From the NCBI GenBank assembly GCA_025603075.1, contig MU626350.1, positions 18,950 through 82,949 on the forward strand: 64,000 nt of DNA. Direction: 5' to 3'. Of the stretch, positions 24,101 to 38,202 are shown one piece after another (the stretch's first letter is position 1; each line of letters begins with the position of its first letter). Source of the DNA: Neoconidiobolus thromboides FSU 785 (Eukaryota > Fungi > Entomophthoromycota). The notes beneath the pieces are model-generated. The model was not told where the DNA came from, did not search any database, and saw nothing but the letters and a program-made list of their open reading frames with translations. The position numbers and the translations under genes are program-made.

Positions 24101-26750
24101 TCAATTTTTTGAATAGTGAGATTTCCTCCTTTGATTTTTTAAAGTTAATCGACGCTGCCTTATTTGTTTAGATTCCGGCTTTGGTGAATTGGAGCTTGAT
24201 TCACATGACTCCCACACCTTTTGAATTGCTGAATCTGAAATAAAATTAACAAATCGATTTGCGTAAACTTTAGGATGTACAGCTGAAATAGCATTCTATA
24301 TGAAATGAATAAATATATAAATTAGATTCAAAATTAAATTACTTTGTCTTGACTCATAGATTTCCAATAATGCTCTACTTTTTTAGCATAATTATATGGT
24401 GTTAAAATGTCAATAATACCAAAATAATAAATGATATCCCCATCCATATCATTTTCATCTGATGAAGAAAATCCACCAGAATCTCTATAAAACACTGCTC
24501 TATTAACAAAAAAAGTTTAGCATGATTATTTTGTTCTGTTTGATTTTCACTTACTCATTTGGTATTCCCTTTAAAGACTTTCCAGACAATGCCACCGGAT
24601 CAGATACTGCTATTGTCCTTCGTACCATATTAGCTAGCTCAGTACCTTTCTCTTGACCCCCTTGTAGCACTTTATTTAAATCAGGCTAATAAAAATAACG
24701 TATTAAATCACTATTTTATAAATCATGATAAAATAAACCTACCTGAAAAATAGATAAGGATCTATCTCTAATACCATCTTGATTACCACGATCTTTAAAA
24801 TGGATGCCCACTAACAAAGAATAGTCCATAATTTTTAAAGTCTTCAATAGCTATATTGTATTAATAAATTATGCTAATAGCAATAATATAGTTGCTTACT
24901 TTTGCGTCTTTTTCTAATTGCTCGAGAAATATGTTACGTTTTTGAGGTCCAAAATGAAATCGCCTATCTTTTTCCATCCAATTAAGATCCTTCATTGGTA
25001 TAATTGGGTTCCTTAAAAATATGCTTTCGTCCACCTTACGCCCCAAAGTAGATCCCTATTACAGATTAATAAGCTTAAGCTATATATAGAAAACAGCTAT
25101 TACTTTTAAATCATATGACTCATGAATATCCTTATTAGGCGGAAAAATGTTTGCCATTACTACAAAATGAATTTTTCTGGAATATGCTACTTTGACTCGA
25201 TGCAAGCCGTAAATCCTAGTCAATAAAGTATCTGGATTTTCTTGAATATACTAAAATTAAAAATAAATATTGATAAGTTACAACAATATAGTCCTAATAT
25301 TTACCTTAAAATAATCTGGTAAAATTTTCCTCATAAATCGATGCTCTACATGATGTACCGTCTTGATAATAAATCTATAATCCCTAGAATAGTAAAAGAA
25401 ACTTTTACTTTTCCCTGGAGAAAACAATTCGGATACAATATATTTGTGGGTTAATGACATCTAATTATATGTGTTATTTAATCAAAACTTAATTAATTCC
25501 AAGACTTACTAAATACTCCGCTGGGTCAATACCAAAAATTGTCCTTATTTGACGGAATACATTGGGTGCATAGTCTTTAAATTTAAAGTCATATTTAGAT
25601 GAGGGCACCAACTCATTTCCAGTGCTAAAAAATCTAAGTAAAGTTAACAAAGTAATATGACTTTAAACTTACACATCAAAAGCGAGTTTATTTGATGCAA
25701 TAAAGTCTTCTGTTGATAAAGACTTCATTGGTTTTGCTGAGCATCTGGAAACCTAAAATTTATATAAATAAATACCATCTTACCATATAAATTGAAACTT
25801 ACTGAAACTCTAATGCCGGTCAACATATTGTACATCAGAGTATAGTTTTGATGTCCTTCAGCTACTCTAGTCCCTATAAGAACTCTATCTTCATCTTCAT
25901 CATTTGAGCCAATTTTATTAGGTCTTTTTGAGAACCGACGATATTGTTTCCAACTCTGTTTAGCATCTTCCCAATTACTTACTTGTTCTAGCATAGTCAT
26001 TTTTCCATTCGATGTGTATGACCTTTGATGTGATTTGACAAAATTAGGCCCTTTAAATTGAGTAGGATCGAGGGTTTTGGTTCTATGAAACTTTCTATTT
26101 TCTTTACTTGTTGAATCTGTCTCAGTTATCGTTGGCGTAGCATATGATGGTAATAAGATACTTTTTGGCCTAGTTGCACGACTATTTATACTTTGTTTCC
26201 TTGAATGCCTTCTATGCTTCTTTACTTCTAACTTATCTTTTGTATCAAATTTATTACTTTCTATTTTACTTGGCTCCTCGAATACTACCTTTTCAGTTAG
26301 ATTAATGCTCTTAGAACTCGAGTTTTTTGCTTTGTGGCTATAAGCTTTTGAACTCTCATCAAAGCTTATTGATTTTTTATCCATAATTTCTGCATCTTCA
26401 GGTTTTAAAAGCTTTTCTGCCTTATTTTCTTGAAATTCTTTGGCATCAGAGTAAAATGATATAATAGAATCCCTACTTTCATTCGTTTTTTTCCTTGTTC
26501 TCGATCTTATACTTTGGCTATACCTTCCTCTTGCCTGTAGATCGTTTAAGCTTAAAGAACTATACTCATCAATGATCTCAATATTTAAGTGGTTAGCAAT
26601 TGTATTTAAATCCGGAATATCATTAGATACGTTGATTTTTATTTCACTGTTTTTATCGGAAAATGGATTTCTATCTTGATCTTGATTACTAGTTACATTG
26701 AAGGGGTCCTTAGTATTGGTGACCATCATATTGCTTGCTTTTATTACCAA
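24101..26750 (-). CDS. MSS4: Phosphatidylinositol-4-phosphate 5-kinase, multi-exon (start uncertain)
   Basis: [45 protein letters not shown]-type, LKDLNW-type and [11 protein letters not shown] motifs. Confidence 0.92.
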
Positions 26751-27853
26751 AAGAATATGATTTAAATTAAGAATTTTTTAATGTTATTTTTTTACCAGTG
26801 GCTCATTACTCATGGTTTTTAACCAATTATTTTTGTTAAATTTATTTTCACCCCCTATAGCCTTTTCACCAATATCGTTTTTAATTTATTAAATCATTGA
26901 TTACTTATTTAATCTTTCACTCTATTTATCAAAATGTTACTCTGTTTTATTGGAATAAAAGAATGCGTAAAAAATATTTTCTTGGCTTTTGTTTAGTTTT
27001 TCTAATTATGACTTTGGTCTTATTTTAATTATACTATTAGTTTATTACACTTAATTCATAGGTTTATCAAAAATGAACAAGTTTAAGATCCAAAGTTGTA
27101 CTCATTATCGATCATATATTTATACCTACCAGCTACACATTTGCTATATTTGTTATGTATTATATATTACACTTATAATTTATACTTATTAACCGTTTTT
27201 GAATTCATTTTGATCATTTTAATATCAACTACACCAATTAACTTTTACTAAAAGGAACATGCTTACATTACTTTTGTAGAAGCCAAATGTATTAGGTTTT
27301 ATATTACAACAGAATATTGGAATTGTAAATTACTTTATATTAAAAATTAAGAAATTTTGCCTCAATAAATGAAACGATATTAATAGTAATCCGAAAAAAG
27401 CGCTTATATATCACATTGCCCTTTATAGGTTTTAGTTAAATAATATTAAATTATATTAAATTACATAAATTTATAAAAAAGCTCATAATATCAAAAAGTA
27501 TATTTGATACCACTCAATTCTAATTAAATTGCTATATATAGTGTAGTACCAAAATAGGTGAGGTTGATAAACAAATGAAAGAATTAAAGCGAAAATACAA
27601 CGGCAATAAAATGTTCATGTTTAAAAAGAACTTCTGTTAAAATATAAAATGCATAGAAATCGTAAAAAAATAATAGTATAACTGAAAACTTTAGGTTATT
27701 TTAGAATAATTTTTTTATAAACACGCCAGCATGAAAAACATTTTTTAAAAGTATTGCTCTGCAATTATAGGAGACTATTTTTATATAGTTCAAAAGCTTT
27801 GGTAGATTAATGTCTATAAAAGCTCAAACCATTTAACTATAGCTCAGATGATC

Positions 27854-28759
27854 TCACTTTCTATCCCTTAAAATATTTTTAAAAAATATTTTCGATTGAC
27901 GCGAGATACCAGCATGTAAAAATAATAAAAGCATTGAATTAGTAAGTGCACCAAGCAAATATAATATGACTGTTAATAAATTTAGTATAAATTGGACGTC
28001 CCCTCCTATACCAAACACGTAGGCATGGATACTCTCTGCCAACCCACATAATAGAGAGGTAAATGTACAAACCCCATAAGCAATTAAAGTCGTATAAATT
28101 CGAATTTTCACCCATTTTATGCTCCACGGTTTTTTTGTAATGGCTCTAACACTATGGCTTGAGCTTCCATCAATTTCAATGAATTTAGTTACATTATTGG
28201 TATAAATTGCTAACTTCAAATAACAATAAAAAATGGTAAGTAGTCCCAAAAACATACAAAGTATAAAGAAATAAAATGTTATTGCTGTTAATAGTGAGTT
28301 GTTTGGTATAACCATACATAAACTATCAGAAGCAGCTTTAACAAACAAATTCTGTGCAGCAGAAATAGAAATTAATACTATAAAGACTACAGAAGCAATC
28401 AAAGCAGGAATCGAAAAAAAAAGCAACAAGTTTTGTTTTGTAATATGAGAGTATCGCTCAATAGCTAGTAAAGCATTAACCATAACTTCAAAAAAAAAGA
28501 TGGACATTGTTACAAAGCCTAATATTTGGCAGCCTAAAACTGTATCCGTGGCCTTCTTTTTAGTAATCCATGCATTTATGGTATTGGCCCATCCAACCAC
28601 TGGTAAAAGATATTCGATGCAACATATAGCAATGATAAAATTGATGTCTTTTGTCCTTGGCTTTATTTTCGATGCAAGATAAATTAAAAATGAATTAAGA
28701 ATAGCTATGGTAGCCGATATACTAATCATTATAAACGAATGGGTAGTGAGAGCACCCAT
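27854..28759 (-). CDS. Intronless 7TM class-A-like GPCR
   Basis: Seven hydrophobic segments; TM3-top Cys (LGCQ), ERY motif (LLAIERY), ECL2 Cys (SLCMV). The ORF track start is TTG; first ATG is at 28759. Confidence 0.75.
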   Translation of the reverse strand: MGALTTHSFIMISISATIAILNSFLIYLASKIKPRTKDINFIIAICCIEYLLPVVGWANTINAWITKKKATDTVLGCQILGFVTMSIFFFEVMVNALLAIERYSHITKQNLLLFFSIPALIASVVFIVLISISAAQNLFVKAASDSLCMVIPNNSLLTAITFYFFILCMFLGLLTIFYCYLKLAIYTNNVTKFIEIDGSSSHSVRAITKKPWSIKWVKIRIYTTLIAYGVCTFTSLLCGLAESIHAYVFGIGGDVQFILNLLTVILYLLGALTNSMLLLFLHAGISRQSKIFFKNILRDRK

Positions 28760-29167
28760 TTTTTTTAGAAAGGTGAACAAAGTACATTTATAAAGTTGAA
28801 TTGACTTATTTATATACGCTGTTTTATTATTCCTGTTTAGCTTAAAAATAACTTACTATAAATGGTATTTGCATTCGAAAATATGTGCTATTGATAACTC
28901 TTGGAACTGTTGCATATGAGATGCAAATAGATAGTTACCTATTGTTAGCTATTATTAAATTTTTACAAGGTGCTTAATATAGAATTTAATCATGTTAAGT
29001 AGTTGCACTTTTGAATTTAGTCATTTGAACCCATCTATAGCAATAATAATACCCTTTGATACCAAACAAGCATGTGTAAATCATTATAAATAGTATATGA
29101 AACTTTTTAAAAATACTTCAAGGCTTAAAACAATATCATCTAATTTAGCTTATTATAAGTTATAAAA

Positions 29168-29274
29168 ATATGGGGATGTATTTTTGTGTTTAAGAATTTT
29201 ACTAATAACTTTTCCGCTTAAATAGCGCTTAAAAAATGGAAAAAGTAATGAAGTCAAAAAAAACATCCCCATAT
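29168..29274 (+). mobile_element. MITE copy 4 (ATAT/ATAT), closest to consensus
   Basis: ATAT-GGGGATGTATTTTTG...CAAAAAAAACATCCCC-ATAT; TIR of about 15 bp. Confidence 0.95.
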
Positions 29275-30432
29275 AGTTTATCCTATCTAAAAACAATATA
29301 AATTAGGATATAATTTAATGAATGACATTTGCTTGTAATAAAGTCCATTATTTTTCTATTCATTGTAACATTAAACTTCAAGTAAATAAAAAGTAAAAAG
29401 TAATGACTTGAGTCTAAGGACAAATTGTAAGTGATGGATAGATTATATTATGAATAGTTTGAATGAAATTTTCATAACTATTATTAACACACTAATACAT
29501 ATGTTTTTATGTTATTATCAAGTATCTAATCTTATTTCAGATCAAAAGGGCTTTATGCTTGTTATTAGATCACTCTTGAATATTAATTTGATTTGGCTCT
29601 TATTGATTGATCTAAATCAAGTTCTCAAATGTATGTATTAAACTACTAGTTACTATAAAAAGGCTATTTTATATCAAACCTAAGCTAAACTAGTCTAATG
29701 TTCGATTTATTAAGCTTAATCTTGGCATGATAAAAAAGATGGATGCTTCACTGAATCTATATTATAAAAATATAATAAAATTTATAAATAACTCACATAC
29801 TGACTTAAAAATAATATGATTCAATAGTATGCCAATTATATGCGATAAACCGCTGACTCATCTTTACAAGAGTTGCTTTGAATATTGTATTGTAGTTTAT
29901 TATCCTTGCCTTCAGTTTCAAGAGTCCAAAGATATAAATATAATGGAAGAAACAATAACGAAAAATAGCAATCAATTGATACAAAAGTTATCTACTTTAT
30001 ATTTTATGAATCCAATGTCTATAAAATATAGTATAAAAAGAAAGATAATCGAATTTACTTTTTAAGATGTTTGATTTTTAATCAAGCTTCATAATAAGAT
30101 AATAGTTTATAGCTCTCAAAGTTTAGGGTTTGCTTGAGCTTACCAAGCCCATGATAACGTCAGCGTTATTGAAATAACTTATCTTCCAAATCATATTGTT
30201 GGTAGAGAGCTAGAAAATAGATCTAATTGCTATTATTCTCAGTTTGTAAAGGTTCAATATTGTAGCTATCATAGGTTTAATAACTCCACGTACTTGGATT
30301 ATGTAGCTGTTATTTTAATTCTTCTTGCTTCTATTAATATCCGTAAGTTTAATACTCGAGCGCTAAAGGTCGATAGACATACTGTGAAAAAAGTGTTAGT
30401 TATTAGTTTATTTGGTGACAGTTGATATTACT

Positions 30433-30536
30433 GCATGAGGATGTATTTTTAGATTTAAGAATTTTACTAACAATTTTTCCGCTTAAATAGCGCTTAAAAG
30501 AGAAAAAGTGATGAAACCAAAAAAACACTCCCATAT
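30433..30536 (+). mobile_element. MITE copy 5 (GCAT/ATAT)
   Basis: GAGGATGT...ACACTCCC termini with full internal match. Confidence 0.9.
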
Positions 30537-30943
30537 AGAGTATCAAATGGTTTGAATTAGGCGTGCTATTAGTTTGTTGTTATACAGTAATAGAGGCTAT
30601 ATTGGTCAATGAATTGTAGAATAAACTATAGGCATAAAAAAACAGGTTCTTTTAGATGCTTGCCCCAATCCTTATAAATCACCACTATGATTAGCTCAAT
30701 AACAAATTTTGTTCATATTATTAGAGTATTTGAAAATCACCATCTTCTACACTGTGCTTATTTTGCTTGTATAGAATTTAATACCTTAAGTATATAAACT
30801 CATAGCTTACCTTTTGAAATTTTAATTGCAATTGATTATAATAATTTTTTAGTTCATCTAAACTAGTACAATAATCTAGGTATAATAGATAGTATTTAAA
30901 AGGAGCTTGAAAAACAAATAAGTACAATGATGAATAGTTAAGT

Positions 30944-33234
30944 TTATTTATAAAATCTTTCAAAAATGGGGAGAAATTCTTCCTTTACTGCTTTACGTTT
31001 GATTTTAAAACTAAGAGGATATTAACTCAATATTTGTATTATTATTATGTAACTTACGTATCATTTAAAAGACCGTTTTCTAAAGTAAATGGAGTAGGAT
31101 GGAGATGGATATATTTAGGAATTTCGAAGCTAAAATAATTAATACAAGACAATAAATACAGTATGAAAAATACCTAGCAAAGCCAGCCTTTTCGCAACTA
31201 TCTTTTATCTCTTCCAACAGTAAACTATTTAATTTAATATTTTTGCATGCAAACTCCATAGTTGAATTAGAATCATTCAATTTTTGCTGAGCCCATTTCA
31301 AATAATTTTTTTCGTCTGGTATAATTAATGCCACTACATAAGAATCTGTAGGCTGGCAATATATAAAAGACTGGAAAATCAAAGGATTGTAGTTTATTGT
31401 TTTTTCTATCCTCTCAGGAGCAACATGAAAGCCTAAAAATCGAATCAATACTCATATTTATAAGTCATAAAAATAACTACCGTCATTCAATTTAAGCATA
31501 TTGGACTTTCTATCGATAACATATAGTCTTCCTTTTTCATCTACCATACCAACATCTCCTGTCAAGAACCAACCATCTTCAGTAAATGCTTCTTTTGTAG
31601 CTTTTTCATTTTTAAAATATCCTTTAAATACATTTGGACTTTTAGCACATATTTCACCACGAGGATATGGTTTATCGCTACTTAAGTATCCCTTATCTGG
31701 TAAATCGAGTAGTTTGATTTGTACACTTTTTAAAAATATTAAAAAATAAAAATATTGATCATTCTAGTTACCTAGGAAAAGGTGCTCCTACACTCCCAGA
31801 GTCACTATCATATATCTCGGTCATTGAAATACCAAGTGCTTCAGTTGAACCGTAGCCTAAAACAATAAGTTTCAATGTTATATGAACAAAGCTTAAGTAC
31901 CTTCTACGATATTAGCTGATAGTACTACTTTTATTGTATCTAAAACTTCTGATGGGATTGGAGCCGATGCAGTGGTTAATAAAGCAATTTCTCCACCTAA
32001 AGATTCACGAAATTTTTTGAAAATATGGTCATATTTATCTGATTCAACGCCTTTTCCTGCTTTCATATCAATTAACTTTTGCTGAATAGCTTCCTTTAAT
32101 AAAGAAGAATTTGAATCGGTTGAATTACAGGCTGCCTCGATAGAACTATAAATCTGCCATAATATCTTGGGCACTGTAACCAACTTAGTAGGTCGGAGCT
32201 TTTGAATATCATCCATGAAATTTAACATAGAGCCAGAATTAAATCCAGCTCTTCCTTGACAAGCAATAACACCTATTAAATTTGCTCTCTCATACGTATG
32301 TGCTAAAGGCATATAAGAATAGGAAGTAGCTAAATCCAAACCTTTATAGTCTTCGCTTTTGATATAAAAATAATCTAAATAGTTCGAATGAGTGGACATC
32401 ACTCCTTTAGGTAACCCAGTGGTACCAGAAGTGTAAGCTATAACATATATAGAATCTGGTTTAGGGGGATTTGGGATAAAAGGATTGGCTTTACCTAAAG
32501 ACTCTATTTCATTGAAAAAAGTTAATTTAATATTCTTATTTTCAGCCCAATTTGTGAAATTGATTTTATCATCATTCTCAACAATTTCGTCAAAACAAAT
32601 CAATACTTTAATTTGGTGCAAATTTATATTATTTTGTTGTAAAAATAGTAAATTCCGCTTATTTAAAATGAGGATCTCAATTTCAGAATGACTGATTATA
32701 TGATTCAATCTTTCTTTTCCATAAGTATCATAAATACCAACAGTTGTATAGCTTCTAAAGCACATAGCTAGTTCACTTATTACCCATTCACTGCGATTAT
32801 TTGAAAAAATCCCTATTGTTTTTATTTCTTTATTGGTGTATAAATCATGCTCTTGTACCAAATATTCTAGCCCACTTGAAACATCACTAGCTCTCCCGTA
32901 CACTTCTTTATAACTTTGATAGCAATAATCACCCAATTTGTTGTTTTGTTTTTCTCTAGTTCCAAGGAAATCACTATCTGGTGCTTTTTGATACGCTATT
33001 TTTTTCTTCATTATCAATTACTTTAATTTATCTTTAATCAAACTTACCTTTTACAAATAGCTCATATAATGTCCTGGGATGCGGTTTGTCACTTATTGGT
33101 TCAATAGAATTTGCATTCATATAGATGCCTACCTAAAATTCAATACTTTTATATAAATAAAATAATGTTTTATTACCAGTTTGACCTGGCTTTCTAGTGT
33201 TAGGCAATTCACAAGCAAAGACTTTAGCTGTCAT
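30944..33234 (-). CDS. Long-chain fatty acyl-CoA synthetase, multi-exon
   Basis: AMP-binding YTSGTTGLPKGV; SYMPLAHTYER; YGSTE; FTEDGWFLTGDVG-type motif and IDRKS; C-terminal ENGLLNDT-FKIKRK. Confidence 0.92.
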
Positions 33235-34102
33235 TTATAAAATAAATATAACTAGGTCAACTGTTTCCTTTTTATATTTTCTATATACTTGATGACTATT
33301 TTTCCATCACTTTTATAGCTTCTTCAAAGTTTTTTTTAAATATCCAAATTAGGTTGATCATCTATTAACCATTTTATTCATTATAACTTATTAAATTTAC
33401 AAAGAATAACCTGCAACTCTTATTTTTTTACCTGATAGTTAATTTCTTTAACTAAAGTCAAATTCTTTTCGGCACATTTAATTTCAATGTTTATCCTGTT
33501 TTTTTATAAAATGTTTATCCTATTTTTTTCTATAGCAAAATTGATCATTATATTACTTTTAGTATATGCCAAAGTGGCATTATAAGTGCATTTATTCTTA
33601 AATACTAAAATGCTATTGAAATATTAAAGTTTAAATTCCAAATGTTATGATAATGATAAAATAAAGCAATAGATATTAGTAATGATATAAAAGAACAAAA
33701 GGCTTGTTTTAGACCAATTAATTGATTAATAGCGGTTATATAACTAAAGGTTTAACCTAGGAAATAACTTAATATTTATTGTTCAAAGTTAAATTCAATT
33801 ATTTTAACATTTCAATCATTATAGCTATAAAAGTTTATGCTTTAGTACAAAGCTTTAGAATTATGTTTCAAATTAATATATAGGAATGTTTTTTACATAT
33901 ACTCTTTGCTATTTTAAAATTTAGAAATTAATTAGCTAAAGCAGCTGTTTAAGCTCAAATATGTGCTAGTAGATTATGAATTTTATAGCTAACTATCTGT
34001 TATATTATATTATTTAAGGTTTATTAATTTGGTTTTTATTCAAAATGAACAGTTAGTCAGTACACATCCAAGGTTAAATAGTATACCAGTTAATTTCTAT
34101 AT

Positions 34103-34149
34103 CTAAAAAATAGCAAAAAAAGAAATTAGTAAAAAAAACATCCCCATAT
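34103..34149 (+). mobile_element. MITE fragment (right end only; copy 6)
   Basis: AAAAAAAACATCCCC-ATAT plus about 30 nt resembling the right half; left half not recognisable. Confidence 0.55.
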
Positions 34150-34490
34150 TTTAAATTGTCAACAATATGGACATAAAATCATTAGTAAATCCTTTTATTT
34201 ATGTAAAGTCAATAATACTTTTTCAAGTTGATTTTAAAAATTAGTAAACTAACTACACTATTTTAGATGGTATAATATTATGTATAGAAATAATTTGATT
34301 CCTGGTTAAAACATTAAAAATATTTTGTTTGTATGTGTATAAATTTGATGTTTTATTTTTTGTTTACAGTTTATCAAAATAATCAAGACACTATGTTATA
34401 ATAAATATAACTTGTTTACGTAATAATTAAAATAAATTCGATTTGGGTATAAAAAGTTTGTTTTTAATTTTATAGATACATTAAACATAA

Positions 34491-35128
34491 ATGAAGTGGT
34501 ATTCAACATTAAAATCAAAGGTAAAAAAAGCCCAAGATAACTATGTACAGTTAAGTACCTGCTACAAGCAGCAACCTTTTGTGAGAACAGTAGTAGTTCG
34601 AGGATCAGAAGTAATTGAAAATGAACTCTACTTGATTGTCACAGCACATCTAAAGTCGGATAAAATTGTTCATTTGGAAAAGAATAATGCGTTTGAGTTA
34701 TGTTGGTAATTTTATTTTTTTATAATAATTACATCAGCATTTTATATCTTATATTATGCAGGTATTTAAATGAGCTTAATGAACAGTATAGAATAAGAGG
34801 TGAAGGTTATGTAGTGAAAAAAGGGGATGGGTATAAGAGTTTAACAGAAATAGAAATACTAGATTTGAAGAAACGTTATTTTAATAAATTAAATGATCAG
34901 TTGAAGTTAAGCTTTTATATTGATAATACGGGTGTACTTAAGACAGAAGAAGAGACTGCTAAAGAATACGATGAGGCATCAATGAAAGAAAAAGCGCTCT
35001 CTAATTTTACTTTATTATTGTTGAAACCCGATCATGTTGATCATCTAGAATTAACTAACAATAAAAGGTATGAGTATCAGCTTATCAAAAAGGATCAAGG
35101 GTGGAGTAAAGTTGAATTGATACCATAA
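34491..35128 (+). CDS. Pyridoxamine 5'-phosphate oxidase-like FMN-binding protein, 2 exons
   Basis: YVQLST...PFVRTVVVRG...LKSDKIVHL...FELCW-YLNELNEQYRIRG; NFTLLLLKPDHVDHLEL. Confidence 0.8.
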
Positions 35129-35163
35129 TAAAAAAACAATTTCTTATTTTATTTTATTTCAAA

Positions 35164-36744
35164 TTAGTCACTGGCATGAAGATAATGTCTTAGATCCAAA
35201 TTTACTTGATCACTCAAAGTTTTAATTAATTCGAAACTAACTTCACATTTTAATTTAATATCCTCTAACCTACCGTAACCTCCAACTTGAGATATAAATT
35301 GATTCGAAATTAAGGTTGCTAACTAAAATAATTAATTAGATGAATAGTAAGTAGAAACAGATTAAAAGCATACTAAATTATCAATTTGAGAAGTATCAAT
35401 AAGTTCTTCAGTCAAAATAGAATAAAAAATAGCCATTAATCGATCCATTGGGAAGAAACTTGGTTCTTTAGGGTCATTATCCTATTGAAAGTTTAATTAC
35501 TATATTTTATTTATTTCAAATATAATACTTACTTTATTTTTACGTTCTCTTTTATTTTTGTTTAATAAATTCCCGTTTAAAATTCTATTTGTACCATTAT
35601 AAAAATAGATGGGATCAAGTTTAGCTGGATTATAACTTGCCAAATAACTTGCTATCAATAAGTATTTGGCATAATAAGGTAGTATAATCGGATTGTTATT
35701 CGCCTCAAGTTCACTTTGTACAACTTGAGTTTGATTATTTTGTTCCTCGTCATCGATATTTATAAATTTAAGTTCAACCATAGCATCTGCATATCCATTT
35801 TTTGCAAAAACACCATAAAGAAAAGAAGGCTGAAAAGACTCAGTTGACTGTGAGGTGATAACAGGGATTGAATAAATTAACAGATAATGGTAAAATAGAT
35901 GAATCAAAAAAGGTATATGGGTACTCTTTTTAATAAAAATGGCCTTTAGAAACAAGTCTAAAAAATTCACTTTTAAACTCAAATACTCTTTTTTTTGAAA
36001 TAAATTAATAATCGCTTCTCGCTTTTCTTTCTTTTCCATGGCTTCTGCTTTTTTTAATAGAATCTTTTTCATTTCCTCAACATTATAGTTTTTGAAATTT
36101 AATTGAAAAGGCTCTCTTATTCCAATACTTAACCTTAGTTTACTATATGGTAAATTACTTATCAATATCACTTTAAAATCAATATTTATCTAAAAACTCA
36201 AATTAAAATACTAGTTAAGTATAATGAATAAGGTTTACTTTTTCTTTAATTTTTAACAAACACGATAACAATTGAGCTGGTAAAGAGTGAAGCCTTTCAG
36301 CATTATCCAGTATCTAATATTAATAAGTAAGCGAATATTTGGATTAATAACAAAAATAAGTTACCAAGTAATAAACCTTTCCGCTATCCAAGCATTTTAA
36401 ATGACTTAAAAATAAACTTAGCTTACTGCAACTCTCCTTTTTTTTAAATAATAAATATAAAATCCTGTTTAGCACTAAACTTAACGAGTAACATTCTATT
36501 AAATCAATATAAACCAAATTCTTTTGCGCATAGATTTTTTTTAATAAAGTAGTTTTGCCTCCATTGCTTGAGCCCCATATATATATGAAATCAACTATAG
36601 GACACTATCAGCTTTGGATTAATGTTAAAGTAGCTGTATGTTTTAAAACTAACTTACTCTATCTATATTACTCAATATATCGATCTCCTTTTCTCTACAT
36701 GGAAACTCCTGTTTGAGCAAAGCTTTATTAATTTTGGACTCCAT
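35164..36744 (-). CDS. ORC5: Origin recognition complex subunit 5, multi-exon
   Basis: FPCREKEI start; Walker A-like IYIWGSSNGGKTTLL; ILDNAERL; YAKYLLIASYLASYNPAKLD; GPKEPSFFPMDRLMAIFYSI. Confidence 0.9.
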
Positions 36745-36966
36745 CTCTTTTTAAACAAATAATCAAAAAGATTATAATTTGAATATTAACATTTTTTTGT
36801 TTCGTCAAAAAAAAAAAAATCAAAAAATTTCGCGCTTTATTATTGGTCCGTTTTATCTATTCCAAAATTTGTTTAAAATTGAAATTTTGATGTTTTAGTT
36901 TAAAATTCTTCATTTTATACTATTATATTAGCAACAAAAAAGGAAAGAAAGGAGTAATAACAAGAC

Positions 36967-37559
36967 ATGGTAAATAATAAACATAACACGATATTCTAAT
37001 CATAATAAAGAGCAATTATGTAGGCCAATTTACAAAAGAAAAAAATAATTCAAAAGAATGAGCAATTATTGACTCAATTACAAAAGATATTTTTAGGAGT
37101 TAACGCTTATTTTATCATAATAAGACTACTGTTTCAATACTCTAGTTTAACTTTCTATAACTTACTAGCTTATATATTTACTGTTGGATTATCCTGGTTG
37201 ATTTATTTTCAATTAATTAAGCTAGCAAAGCCTACACTTAATGGTGCTCAAATCGTTAACCCTGGTGAGGACTTGTCTAGTAAAGGCTTGATAAGGTAAG
37301 TGATATCATAATATTACATACTAAGCAGTATTAATATTATTAGCTATATGTTTGATATACTTTATATTACATGGTTTATTCAAGTAACTACAACCATTTC
37401 AAACTATTTTTGGTACGTCTATCTATTAGTAAGTTTAATTTAGTATGATATGTTGTAAGTTATTTATTTCTGTTCATTGTTTAGATACCAGGTTATGGAG
37501 CTTATTTATTAATCTTTAATATTGTATTGCCCATCTTTAAATTTCGAAACGGCCCTTAA
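36967..37559 (+). CDS. SND2: SRP-independent targeting protein Snd2/TMEM208 (DUF788); first coding exon is ATG only
   Basis: Spliced MANLQKKKIIQKNEQ...VNPGEDLSSKGLI-SYMFDILYITWFIQV...WYVYLL-IPGYGAY. Confidence 0.85.
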
Positions 37560-38202
37560 AAATTAAATTGTGTTATTTTTCAGTTTTTGATACTTATGCT
37601 TATTTTGTTGTTCTATTGCTTATTGATTCATTTATTTTTTGTTTTATTGAATACATAAGTATGATATTATTCGTGTATATTGTAATATTTTGAATATAGT
37701 ATTATTTTGGGTTTAAATTCCATCTACGATTTGAACCAATGATTCCTGTGTAAGTAAAGCTAATAATGGTAAAAAATAGTCAAAAATTAATATATTGGAA
37801 AACTAGTCTAAATGCGGTAACAACACAAAATAAATTTTTATTAAAATTTCAGAAATAAGGATAAAGCTATTACTTATATATCAGTATATTTCGGGTCATA
37901 AGCATCCATTTGTTTTTAGTAATTAAATAGTAGTTTGAATAGGTCTATATAACCTTAGGTAATGATTAGTAACATTTGTTTTTTTATATGGTCAAAAATA
38001 CATATATGGTAAACCTGTATGATTTCGTCATAAAAAACATTTATGATTCAACTAATCGAAAACAAGAATTTTTAATATCAAATAAAAATTGTAATTTCTA
38101 ATTAAGTTATTTATTATAAAAGTAATATTATAAATATAAACACTACGTTTTTGTTTTTATTATCTTCACTTTTTGTTTTTTTTCGTTTTTTATTTTTATA
38201 GT

